A DNA stretch of 64,000 bases from assembly GCA_964016885.1 (NCBI GenBank), contig OZ024743.1, forward strand, positions 6,696,001 to 6,760,000, written 5' to 3'. Shown here piece by piece: positions 43,133 to 53,776 of this stretch. Numbering within the stretch: position 1 is the stretch's first letter; every line of letters begins with the position of its first letter. A program made the translations under genes and the position numbers. Origin of the DNA: Eledone cirrhosa. Lineage: Eukaryota. The notes beneath the pieces were generated by a model. It ran no database searches and was not told where the DNA came from. It saw only the letters and a list, made by a program, of their open reading frames with translations.

Positions 43133-44615
43133 TTATTTAGTGATTTTATACATACTTGACCTCCTTTTCAACACAAGAGACATACAGAAACATATGTATA
43201 TATTGACCCACAGTGGGTTGACATCCATCATAATAATATAGCATGGCAATTTACATACAAAGATTACAGTCATATTAAAGGACAAAATTAAAATTAAAAT
43301 AAAACATTGGCAGTTTATGAAGATAAAGCAAGAGGAAAGTTTGGAGTAGCCAGTGTATGCAACAGTCTCACGTGTGGCATGCACGCGTGTCCTATTTATA
43401 CAAGATTATAGTGCGGCAGATTGTTACATGTAAAACAAACAGTCAAGGCAGGCAATCAATAGCATCATGGGGGCTGTCCTGTTAAAGCATTTTTCACACA
43501 CACCTGTACGATATAGAAGCCCGTGTGTAGAGAAACACCAAAAATATCAAAATATCAAAAATATTACAAATGAGAAGCAAAACAGCACCACTGTCCTCGC
43601 ACAATCCACCACTCACACAATCCAGGAAACGCAATTTATAGACTACATGTCCATCACACAATCCACGATGATTCAACATTGGGTGCCTGGTGAACCGTGT
43701 TAGAAATCATAGCTTGTCGTTCTCTATTCGATTCTATAGAGCAGGTTGTTTTTGTTGTGAGAGTTGACATCGTATTATATTCCGGAAGTGTGTGTGTGAT
43801 TAAGGGGAGTTAATGCGTAAGGGGAGGTAACTAGCTGATTTCCATTGTTAAATTTATTATCCTAAAGTACATTAATGATGTTTCAAATGAGTCCCTATCA
43901 TATAAGGTTATAAACAATTTCTAAATTTAAGTATCTTATCTATAAATTACAGTGTAGTTTATCAAGAAGTACTAAAGGTGTTCATATTAGGATGATTACC
44001 TTCTATCATGGAGTGCCACAACCGAACATTCTACATGAAGAGTCAGACCTCCAAATCAATGATCTTTGTAGTCTACCCGCAGAACCTGGCAGGGTCTTAT
44101 TAGAATCACTTCTATATACGACTCCTGGTAAGCTCTGGGTCATTGTATGTCTGAATGCATGGCAAAGTTAAATATCACCAGGGTGGTCCAGAGATCAATT
44201 CTCTCATACAAAGACACTAATCTGACCATCAAGCCATACATATACCTATAACTCATACATCACCTGTACATAATTCATTGCACTCAGCATATAGATTATA
44301 TAGATCTTTTATGTTAATAAATTAATTACTTAATCTTCTATTTATCCAATGGTGGCACTCCATGCACAGGACAATGTTAGCACAACCAATTCAGTGCTTA
44401 CAGTTTACATTAATTATATATTGGTGCAATGTAGTCCAAGTAATTTAAGGCCAATATACCAAAAGTAGAAGTACATGGGGATATCTCTAGGGTAAAAGGT
44501 ACTATGAGGGTGTCACTATTTGCGTTAAAGTGGATTAATGGGTGTGGAGATGAGGTGTAAGGTGTGCCCCTGATGTTAGTTGCTAGAGGTGGTGACGGGT
44601 TCAAGTCTGACACTG

Positions 44616-46052
44616 TTATATATTGGGTTTAAAGTTTTGGAAGGAGTGTCGGAAGCGGTGCTGGCAAGACGCGAATACTTCTGATTTTTTATTAAGGAGG
44701 TTATGGTTTGAGAAGATGATAGTATGGGTCTCTAGTAGACAGAGGTTACAAAATTTATTAGGCGGTTTGTACGATGTCGCATTACCTATGACTTCCCATT
44801 TAAGTGTATATGGTTTATTTTTAGTTTTTAGATAGTGTATGTAGCTAGATAGTGAAGTGGAGTTGGCTAGACTGTGTTTTTTGAAAGAGTGGAGGTGCGA
44901 ATTGTATCCAGTTTTGAAGCAGTTAGAAGTAGAGCCTATATAGGTTTCAGAAGAGTTGTTAGTTGTGACTGTGCATGAGTATATGATATCCTTGATTAAA
45001 CATTTTTTATCTAAAGGGCAGGTTCTATTTGATCTACAGTTACAATTATTCTGGGTGCTAGTCTGCCGGTTATTATGTTGTGTAGAAGTCTGGATAGTAG
45101 CTATAGGGTTATGGTTATGTGGGTTGTCGTTCCCAGCGTTATTGTTTACACTAGTGCTATTACTATTATTTCTATTGATATTAGGGTTAGTTGCTATAAT
45201 GTTATTTTGGAGGTTTATCGTCTGTTGTGATTTAGTTTGTTGGAAGTAAGAATTAATTTTTCTTTTATTGCTACTAGCTATGTGGTATGCTATGTTAGGC
45301 GTAGTAGAGTAGGAGATTTTAATAGTGTTTTTGTTTAAAAGGCTATGGTACTTGTGGCCGGATGGGAAGTTTTTATCTAGTAGTGAGAAGAAAGCCCTAG
45401 GTAGGTTGGTAGAGACGTTTAGATTGAAAGGAGGGTTGAAAAATGTATTATTTCTTCTATTTTTGTTTTTTATGTCTGGTGAGTTGTTTCCTTTTATGGT
45501 ACTATGGTAATTTCTGTGGTGTGAGTTACTTTTGTTGGTATCCTCCCTATTAGTGTGTGTGTGGTTGCTATTCCTATTACTAAATTTTCTCATGGACATG
45601 TTGTGCGAAATAATGTTGTAGCTATGTGTTTTTGTAGGTAGGAACTCGATCTCTATATTATGGCCTGATCTAGCTAATGCCTGATTATAATATTGCGAGT
45701 TTTTGCTAAATATGTTGACGTCATAGGATAGATTAGAGATTCTATTAGATACTCCCTTAGAGATAGAGTTTAATATAGATCTAGGGTGGTTAGACTTGGT
45801 ATCTACGTAAATGAGTTTTTCATTAGGTTTGTGGAAAGGTGCATATATCTTTGAGTCTAGGTAGAGGGGGCGTCCAGGAAGTTAACGTTTTTAGTGTTTT
45901 TGTCCATGGTAATACTAAGGTTATAGTTTTTGAATGTCTTGTGTAATAGTTTTCTAGTTCTTTCTATATTGAATTTTTTATAATCTATAAGTAGAAGTGC
46001 ATCATCGCGGTACAAACCACCGTTGAGGCATGGAAGGTCCTTATGGATTTCG
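44616..46052 (-). pseudogene. Penelope RT (motif C to thumb) plus Zn-finger linker and GIY-YIG endonuclease, 5'-truncated, one frameshift
   Basis: GGLYRDDALL...VNFLD, then a 1-nt frameshift near 45866-45871, then PFHKPNEKLIYVDTKSNHP, FFNPPFN, CNCRSNRTCPLDKKC, IIYSC...YIGST and CNLCLLE. The track ORF 44616-45599 is only the C-terminal part. Confidence 0.9.
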
Positions 46053-46825
46053 TTTGAAACACCATTAATGTACTTTAGGATAATAAATTTAACAATGGAA
46101 ATTAGCTAGTTACCTCCCCTTACGCATTAACTCCCCTTACTCACACACATACTTCCGGAATATAATACGATGTCAACTCTCACAACAAAAACAACCTGCT
46201 CTATAGAATCGAATAGAGAACGACAAGCTATGATTTCTAACATGGTTCACCAGGCACCCAATGTTGAATCATCGTGGATTGTGTGATGGACATGTAGTCT
46301 ATAAATTGCGTTTCCTGGATTGTGTGAGTGGTGGTGTGTGCGAGGACAGTGGTGCTGTTTTGCTTCTCATTTGTAATATTTTTGATATTTTGATATTTTT
46401 GGTGTTTCTCTACACACGGGCTTCTATATCGTACAGGTGTGTGTGAAAAATGCTTTACCAGTACAGCCCCCATGATGCTATTGATTGCCTGCCTTGACTG
46501 CTTGTTTTACATGTAACAATCTGCCGCACTATAATCTTGTATAAATAGGACACGCGTGCATGCCACACGTGAGACTGTTGCATACACTGGCTACTCCAAA
46601 CTTTCCTCTTGCTTTATCTTCATAAACTGCCAATGTTTTATTTTAATTTTAATTTTAATTTTAACTTTAATTTTGTCCTTTAATATGACTGTAATCTTTG
46701 TATGTAAATTGCCATGCTATATTATTATGATGGATGTCAACCCACTGTGGGTCAATATATACATATGTTTCTGTATGTCTCTTGTGTTGAAAAGGAGGTC
46801 AAGTATGTATAAAATCACTAAATAA

Positions 46826-46874
46826 TTGCTCCGAAGAATCCAAACCTCGGTTTGGAGGAAACAATTGTAAGCAA
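46826..46874 (+). ncRNA. Minimal type-I hammerhead ribozyme, U4C core variant
   Basis: Helix I TTGCT/AGCAA, core CCGAAGA (46831-46837), helix II TCCAAACC/GGTTTGGA, GAAAC (46858-46862), palindromic loop AATT, cleavage triplet GTA (46867-46869). Confidence 0.8.
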
Positions 46875-47074
46875 ATAAATGATTTAAACTGAACTTTGAT
46901 TCATGTAATTTCTATATAACTGCTCTGTAAAACAACTGATGTTGTTACATTGAGCTATTTATCTTACTGGTAATAAGATAGTAATGAATTACTGTCTTTC
47001 ACTATTTAGGGTTTAAAATATATATAACTATAAAAGGTTTTAGTGTATACATAACCATAAATAGTATCCTTAAT

Positions 47075-47171
<97 letters not shown>

Positions 47172-47194
47172 CTACATATATATATATAAATATA

Positions 47195-47252
47195 CACGGT
47201 GCCCCAGCATGGCCTCAGCCGGATGGCTGAAACAGGTAAAAGAGTAAAAGAG
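47195..47252 (+). mobile_element. 3' end of an octopus-type SINE
   Basis: GGTGCCCCAGCATGGCCTCAGCC...GCTGAAACAGGTAAAAGAGTAAAAGA, recognised as an abundant octopus SINE tail. Confidence 0.6.
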
Positions 47253-47321
47253 TATACATATATATATAAATATACATACATACATATATATATAAATATA
47301 CATACATATATATATATAAAT

Positions 47322-47352
<31 letters not shown>

Positions 47353-47392
47353 CATACACACATACATATATATATATAAATCTACATACATA

Positions 47393-47427
<35 letters not shown>

Positions 47428-47556
47428 CTAAATACATACATATATATATATAAATCTACATACATACATATATACATACATACATTTACGTATGTATATA
47501 GCTATACATTTATACATTTGTATATATACATGCATTTATATTTAAGTGTGTAAGGT

Positions 47557-47592
<36 letters not shown>

Positions 47593-47603
47593 ATATATAT
47601 ATT

Positions 47604-47680
<77 letters not shown>

Positions 47681-47684
47681 TTAT

Positions 47685-47890
47685 GCAGTGTGACAAGAAG
47701 CTTGTTTCCCAACCACATATTTCCGGGTTCAGTCCCACTGCCCGGGCCGACCAAAGCCCTGTGAGTGGATTTGATAGATCGAAACTAAAAGAAGCCCGTC
47801 GTATATATGTATATATGTCTGTGTGTGTCTTTGCGTTTGTGTTTGCCCTCCCACCAATGCTTGTTGGTTTGTTGACGTCCCCATAACATA
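47685..47890 (+). mobile_element. Octopus-type (OR/OK-like) tRNA-derived SINE, internally deleted
   Basis: AAGAAGCTTGTTTCCCAACCAC...CCGGGTTCAGTCCCACTG...CGGGCCGACCAAAGCC...GTGAGTGGATTTG...GAAGCCCGTCGTATATATG. Confidence 0.7.
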
Positions 47891-47965
47891 CCAAGGTGAT
47901 GCTCCATCATGGCGTAGTCCAGAGACAGAAAAAAAAGTAAAATATGTCTGTGTGTGTGTGTGTAG

Positions 47966-48141
47966 AAGGGGGCTCTCAAACTCAAGGACACAAAAGGGCT
48001 ATTACGTCCTGGAGGAGAGGCACAGGGCGCCAAACGTGGTGGTGGGTGGAAATTTTCACCAGTTATAATGCGATATGAAATATTGGTTCTACCACGGGCC
48101 ACAGATAAGTAGTTCGCGGGCCGCATGTGTGAGCCCCCCTG
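47966..48141. mobile_element. Diverged hAT (Charlie/Buster-like) MITE
   Basis: Ends AAGGGGGCTCTCAAAC and GCGGGCCGCATGTGTGAGCCCCCCTG; no clear TSD. Confidence 0.45.
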
Positions 48142-48222
48142 TTGGAGATAGATAGATAGATAGATGTGTACCAAACACACACACATTTCTTACTCTCTCT
48201 GTCCCTCCCTCTTTCTCTCTTC

Positions 48223-48308
<86 letters not shown>

Positions 48309-48452
48309 TATTTTCCGTTGTGTTGTAATATAAATATTACACACAGTAGATTATCAGCTCACGTAGAGTTTGCTCGACGGTTCCAGTTGTAGTTCCAAAA
48401 GTAATCCGGAGAAAAATAGAAAGATTTGAATGGATACAGTTTAGTTGAAAGG

Positions 48453-48579
48453 AATTTATTGACACGTGTTTCTATAACAGTTACATAACCTAAAACAGCT
48501 GCTATCTACAAACTTTTAGTTATGCAGACATTCAATATTTCAATGTTATTATTTACTGTCATTTCATCAGAATAATATT
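48453..48579 (-). ncRNA. Type-I hammerhead ribozyme with extended branched helix II
   Basis: Mirror copy of 52281-52407. Confidence 0.75.
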
Positions 48580-49137
48580 ACTGAGGACCTATTTAGTTTT
48601 TATAGAGAATATTAGGAGGGAGGGGTGAAGTTGTTAGAAGAATAGTTGAAGGAGTGGTTTTTCGATAGCAGTGAGAATTCTTGGTGGCAGTGAGTAATTA
48701 GATTCCCATCTGTTGTTGTGACATTTTTTATAGAATATATTATTGGTTATTTTTCTAAATCTATAGAAGGATTAGAGATAGTAAAGATATGCGTGGTTGG
48801 TTTTGTGTTTGCACTTAATTAACATTCAAACTTAAATTTTTCTTTCAAGTGTACGTATCCTTTCACCCACGCATTCACAAACAAATATATTTGCACACCT
48901 CTACAAAATACATATACTCACAATTCACATATTCATACTTACATATATATACACATGCATACACATATATATACACACATGTATTCATGTACATACATAC
49001 GCGCTCATGTGTATACATTTTCATACTCAACTTATCTTTATATACACACGTATAGACACACACATATATACATACATACTCTAGTCCATGTGTACACACA
49101 TACACATACATACACATCCATATACACATATATACAT

Positions 49138-49202
<65 letters not shown>

Positions 49203-49471
49203 CACTTTAATACATGAATACACTTACATCTAACTATACACATCAAACATATATATATATATTTACTTATTTATATACATTTTCACATATGTATACATAC
49301 TTATGGACGTTTTTAGACACATTCATTATCGCATATTTGTACCTATTCTCATCAGCATATCTTTCCATTATTAGTGTGGTAATTTAAGGTTATTAATATA
49401 TGTTGAGAAGAGATTGTTTTTATATTTTTCTAACTAGATTAAGGTTTATATAGTTGGGGGATGTCCCTCTT

Positions 49472-50778
49472 TTATGTAATATTCGGCTTGTAGTGGGAAA
49501 AAAGGGTTTTAGTTCTGTGACGGCAGAATAATGTTCGTTCAATTCTGTTATTCAGCAGTTTCTTCTTGTGTGTGATTATGTAATAAATCTCAAGATTACA
49601 CAATTTGCAGAAATTTTGGCTCCTGGAAAAGCTTTGGGTTTTAGCTAATTTTTCACATTTTAGGGTAAACTTTTGATCGCTATCCCTGAGCGTCCAAGCT
49701 TTTTCTGCTAAAGTTGTTACATTTCTTTGGCTCTGGTGTTTTATTGAGTAAGAATGCCTATACAATCGAGATTTAAACGATGTTGCCGTTGATCCCACGT
49801 AATACCACTCGTTGCCTCCGGATTTAATGGTACACTTATAAATAATATTTTTTTCCAGGCAGTTATTGCCGAGGGGGCAGTTGTCAGGATAGGTGCAGTT
49901 ACAGTTGTGTACGTTGGGTTTTCTCTGGAGTAGTATTGCGGACGAACTTAGGTGTGGTTTATTTATGTTCTGTAGTGTATTGTTTACTGTTTTTTTTGTG
50001 TTCTTTGTACTTAAGTTCTTAGTGTTTTCGTTTAACCTTCTAGTATTGATCTTTTTTATGTGTTGTTCAAGGTTTAACGCTGTAGAGTATGACAGTCTTA
50101 TAGTGGTAGGGTTTAGGATTTTGTGGTATTTGTGTGATGTGGGAAAATGTCTTTTAATTATTTTAAAGAAGAGTACTGGTAAATTTGTACTAATGGAACT
50201 ATTGTATTCGGGGTTATACCATAAGTACTCTTTGCATCGCTTTCTATTAGTTTTGTTTGTTGGTTTACTGGTGTGCATACTATGGTAGTAAGTGTGGTTT
50301 GGTGTTGTGTTATTATATCTACCTATGTGGGATTTATTTTGGGTGTTTTGATTGTTCCCATCTATGTACTCTATTTTGTTGAGGTAGCCTGCTTTACTAA
50401 GGGCGTTATCGTAGTACTCGGCGTGTTCCTTAAATACTTGTATGTTAGAAGATAGACCCGAGATTCTAAGGGAAATATTTTTAGGGATAGATTTAATTAT
50501 AGAGATGGGGTGGTTAGACCCAACATTTACGTATTTGAGATTTTCATTCAATTTATGAAACGGTTTAATCAAACCAGAGTTTAAATTGAGTGTGACATCC
50601 AGGAAGTTAACTACTTTAAGGTTGTATTCATATGTTATAGTTAGTCCTATTTCGAGTAGTAGTTTTCTTATATCTTTGCGTAGTTTTTCTAGTTTTTGGT
50701 TATTAAGGTTTTTAGCTAGGAGGAGAACATCGTCGCGGTATATTCCGCCGTGGAGATTGCTGAATTTTTCCTGGAGTC
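49472..50778 (-). CDS. Penelope RT C-terminal half plus Zn-finger linker and GIY-YIG endonuclease; open frame but 5'-truncated
   Basis: GGIYRDDVLL, VNFLDVTLNL, KYVNVGSNHP, LWYNPEY, CNCTYPDNCPLGNNC, IIYKC...YVGST...FKSRLYRH, CKLCNLE, CRHR. The first ~42 aa of the track ORF (to 50902) are antisense of the inverted arm. Confidence 0.9.
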
Positions 50779-51366
50779 TAAAAAAGATCAATACTAGAAG
50801 GTTAAACGAAAACACTAAGAACTTAAGTACAAAGAACACAAAAAAAAACAGTAAACAATACACTACAGAACATAAATAAACCACACCTAAGTTCGTCCGC
50901 AATACTACTCCAGAGAAAACCCAACGTACACAACTGTAACTGCACCTATCCTGACAACTGCCCCCTCGGCAATAACTGCCTGGAAAAAAATATTATTTAT
51001 AAGTGTACCATTAAATCCGGAGGCAACGAGTGGTATTACGTGGGATCAACGGCAACATCGTTTAAATCTCGATTGTATAGGCATTCTTACTCAATAAAAC
51101 ACCAGAGCCAAAGAAATGTAACAACTTTAGCAGAAAAAGCTTGGACGCTCAGGGATAGCGATCAAAAGTTTACCCTAAAATGGGAAAAATTAGCTAAAAC
51201 CCAAAGCTTTTCCAGGAGCCAAAATTTCTGCAAATTGTGTAATCTTGAGATTTATTACATAATCACACACAAGAAGAAACTGCTGAATAACAGAATTGAA
51301 CGAACATTATTCTGCCGTCACAGAACTAAAACCCTTTTTTCCCACTACAAGCCGAATATTACATAA
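50779..51366 (+). pseudogene. Inverted duplicate of the Zn-finger/GIY-YIG portion of Penelope B
   Basis: ORF 51040-51366 matches the C-terminus of the minus-strand ORF except W (LKWEK) versus C (LKCEK). An extra A in the run near 50840-50848 shifts the frame. Confidence 0.9.
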
Positions 51367-51635
51367 AAGAGGGACATCCCCCAACTATATAAACCTTAAT
51401 CTAGTTAGAAAAATATAAAAACAATCTCTTCTCAACATATATTAATAACCTTAAATTACCACACTAATAATGGAAAGATATGCTGATGAGAATAGGTACA
51501 AATATGCGATAATGAATGTGTCTAAAAACGTCCATAAGTATGTATATATATGTGAAAATGTATATAAATAAGTAAATATATATATATATGTTTGATGTGT
51601 ATAGTTAGATGTAAGTGTATTCATGTATTAAAGTG

Positions 51636-51696
<61 letters not shown>

Positions 51697-52280
51697 ATGT
51701 ATATATATATATATGTGTGTGTATGTATATATGTGTATATGGATGTGTATGTATGTGTATGTGTGTACACATGGACTAGAGTATGTATGTATATATGTAT
51801 GTGTCTATACGTGTGTATATAAAGATAAGTTGAGTATGAAAATGTATACACATGAGCGCGTATGTATGTACATGAATACATGTGTGTATATATATGTGTA
51901 TGCATGTGTATATATATGTAAGTATGAATATGTGAATTGTGAGTATATGTATTTTGTAGAGGTGTGCAAATATATTTGTTTGTGAATGCGTGGGTGAAAG
52001 GATACGTACACTTGAAAGAAAAATTTAAGTCTGAATGTTAATTAAGTGCAAACACAAAACCAACCACGCATATCTTTACTATCTCTAATCCTTCTATAGA
52101 TTTAGAAAAATAACCAATAATATATTCTATAAAAAATGTCAAAACAACAGATGGGAATCTAATTACTCACTGCCACCAAGAATTCTCACTGCTATCGAAA
52201 AACCACTCCTTCAACTATTCTTCTAACAACTTCACCCCTCCCTCCTAATATTCTCTATAAAAACTAAATAGGTCCTCAGT

Positions 52281-52407
52281 AATATTATTCTGATGAAATG
52301 ACAGTAAATAATAACATTGAAATATTGAATGTCTGCATAACTAAAAGTTTGTAGATAGCAGTTGTTTTAGGTTATGTAACTGTTATAGAAACACGTGTCA
52401 ATAAATT
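52281..52407 (+). ncRNA. Type-I hammerhead ribozyme with extended branched helix II
   Basis: Helix I TTATT/AATAA, CTGATGA (52290-52296), helix II ATGACAGT/ACTGTTAT enclosing hairpins ACATT/AATGT and GCATAAC-TAAAA/TTTTAGGTTATGT, GAAAC (52388-52392), palindromic loop ACGT, GTC (52397-52399). Confidence 0.75.
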
Positions 52408-52438
52408 CCTTTCAACTAAACTGTATCCATTCAAATCT

Positions 52439-52490
<52 letters not shown>

Positions 52491-52557
52491 AAGGTTTAGC
52501 AAATAATGAAAAAGTTTCAAAATAAATTTTAAAAAATTGACTTTACCTACTATAGTT

Positions 52558-52641
52558 ACCTTTACCGATCGGTTTCGAATCCCAAAAATAAAACGGAGAC
52601 CATACGGCCTTCGTTGCAATGAAAAATTCTCGTCAGAAGGT
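52558..52641 (-). ncRNA. Type-I hammerhead ribozyme with canonical core, in a third short Penelope-like remnant (about 52488-52740)
   Basis: Minus strand ACCTT-CTGACGA-GAATTTT...AACG-AAGGCC-GTAT-GGTCT-CCGTT...GGGATTC-GAAAC-C-GATC-G-GTA-AAGGT: helix I ACCTT/AAGGT, G-C closing pair of helix II, palindromic loop III. Confidence 0.85.
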
Positions 52642-52852
52642 TCTTTTCATTCAAAGAATATAAAATTCCTGAATTTAAATCACAAACTAGCGCTATCAAA
52701 ACTGTTCCTGGGATGAGAGTGGATGATGTAGAAACAGGTTTATCAAGGGCCGTAGCAAAGATAGAGGCAAAAGGAGGTAGGTCAAACTAGCCACAGCTAT
52801 TGCTAGCAGCAGTCAGAACGACCAAATTTGTTCTCAACATTAGTGGGGGTAG

Positions 52853-53019
52853 TAGTAATAGGATATACGTTCCTTCACGCACAAGGCGCCAAGGTACGCA
52901 TGTATTGTCCAACCAAATGCCAGTGTGGTAACCCGCCATTGAACCACACTAGCATTTGGTTGGACAATACATGCGTACCTTGGCGCCTTGTGCGTGAAGG
53001 AACGTATATCCTATTACTA
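52853..53019. repeat. Long hairpin, 77-bp arms with 13-nt spacer
   Basis: 52853-52929 versus 52943-53019, one mismatch; abuts (TA)n. Confidence 0.92.
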
Positions 53020-53034
53020 TATATATATATATAT

Positions 53035-53288
53035 ATATTGTTATACTTTGGGAGGGTCATGTTGCCAATAAGAAACACACGCACCAGTTGCTTTCACTTC
53101 AATTTATTATAATAAATTTATAAATTTCCGGTTGGTTGGTTCCACAACCAGATGGTTGTGGAACCAACCAACCAACCGGAAATTTATAAATTCCTAAATT
53201 TATAAATTTATTATAATAAATTGAAGTGAAAGCAACTGGTGCGTGTGTTTCTTATTGGCAACATGACCCTCCCAAAGTATAACAATAT
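53035..53288. repeat. Long hairpin, about 116-bp left arm with 2-nt loop
   Basis: 53035-53150 versus 53153-53288; the right arm carries two short duplications. Abuts (TA)n. Confidence 0.92.
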
Positions 53289-53344
53289 CGGTTTCAACAC
53301 ACGTTTTCAGATAAAGAATCTTGCTAAAAAAATTCAGAAACGAA

Positions 53345-53462
<118 letters not shown>

Positions 53463-53492
53463 AGCGTTGTTATTTGGCGTTGTTGAAAAGAG

Positions 53493-53735
53493 CAGTGGCC
53501 TTTGACCTGGCAATAAAAAACTGTAGACAAAATTCTTTCTGTACCCAAACCAATATATATATACATAGATAGATACACAGACACACACAAACACACATAG
53601 ACACGCACACACGCACACACAAACACACACACATACATACACACACACAAACTTGTGTGTATGTGTGGGTGGGTGTGGGTGTTCGTGTGTGAGTGCGTGT
53701 CTATGTGTGTTTGTGTGTGTGTCTGTGTATCTATC

Positions 53736-53776
<41 letters not shown>

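Larger units (their letters stand above)
43045..46913 (-). mobile_element. Penelope-like retroelement A (Naiad-like), 5'-truncated with inverted pseudo-LTR
   Basis: RT C-terminal half plus GIY-YIG on the minus strand. Near-identical inverted arms 43045-43887 and 46053-46913. (TA)n on both sides and a hammerhead motif near each outer end. Confidence 0.92.
48306..52444 (-). mobile_element. Penelope-like retroelement B (Naiad-like), 5'-truncated with 1.65-kb inverted duplication
   Basis: Arms 48416-50058 and 50779-52444 are near-identical, with a handful of substitutions and microsatellite length changes. 720-bp spacer; bounded by (TA)n on both sides. Confidence 0.93.

Noticed and set aside
43133-46825. 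Duplicated small ORFs (MHATRETV..., MGAVL...) on opposite strands
   Set aside because: They are by-products of the inverted pseudo-LTR arms and show no recognisable domains.
43010-47181. TATATATAAATCTACATATAT on both sides of Penelope A as a TSD
   Set aside because: The ATAAATCTACATA unit recurs several more times at 47.37-47.46 kb as a minisatellite variant, so it cannot be distinguished from repeat background.
50779-50902. Hydrophobic N-terminus of the 476-aa ORF resembling a signal peptide or transmembrane segment
   Set aside because: It is the antisense reading of the A-rich inverted arm with a TTG start, created by the inversion; nothing indicates it is translated.
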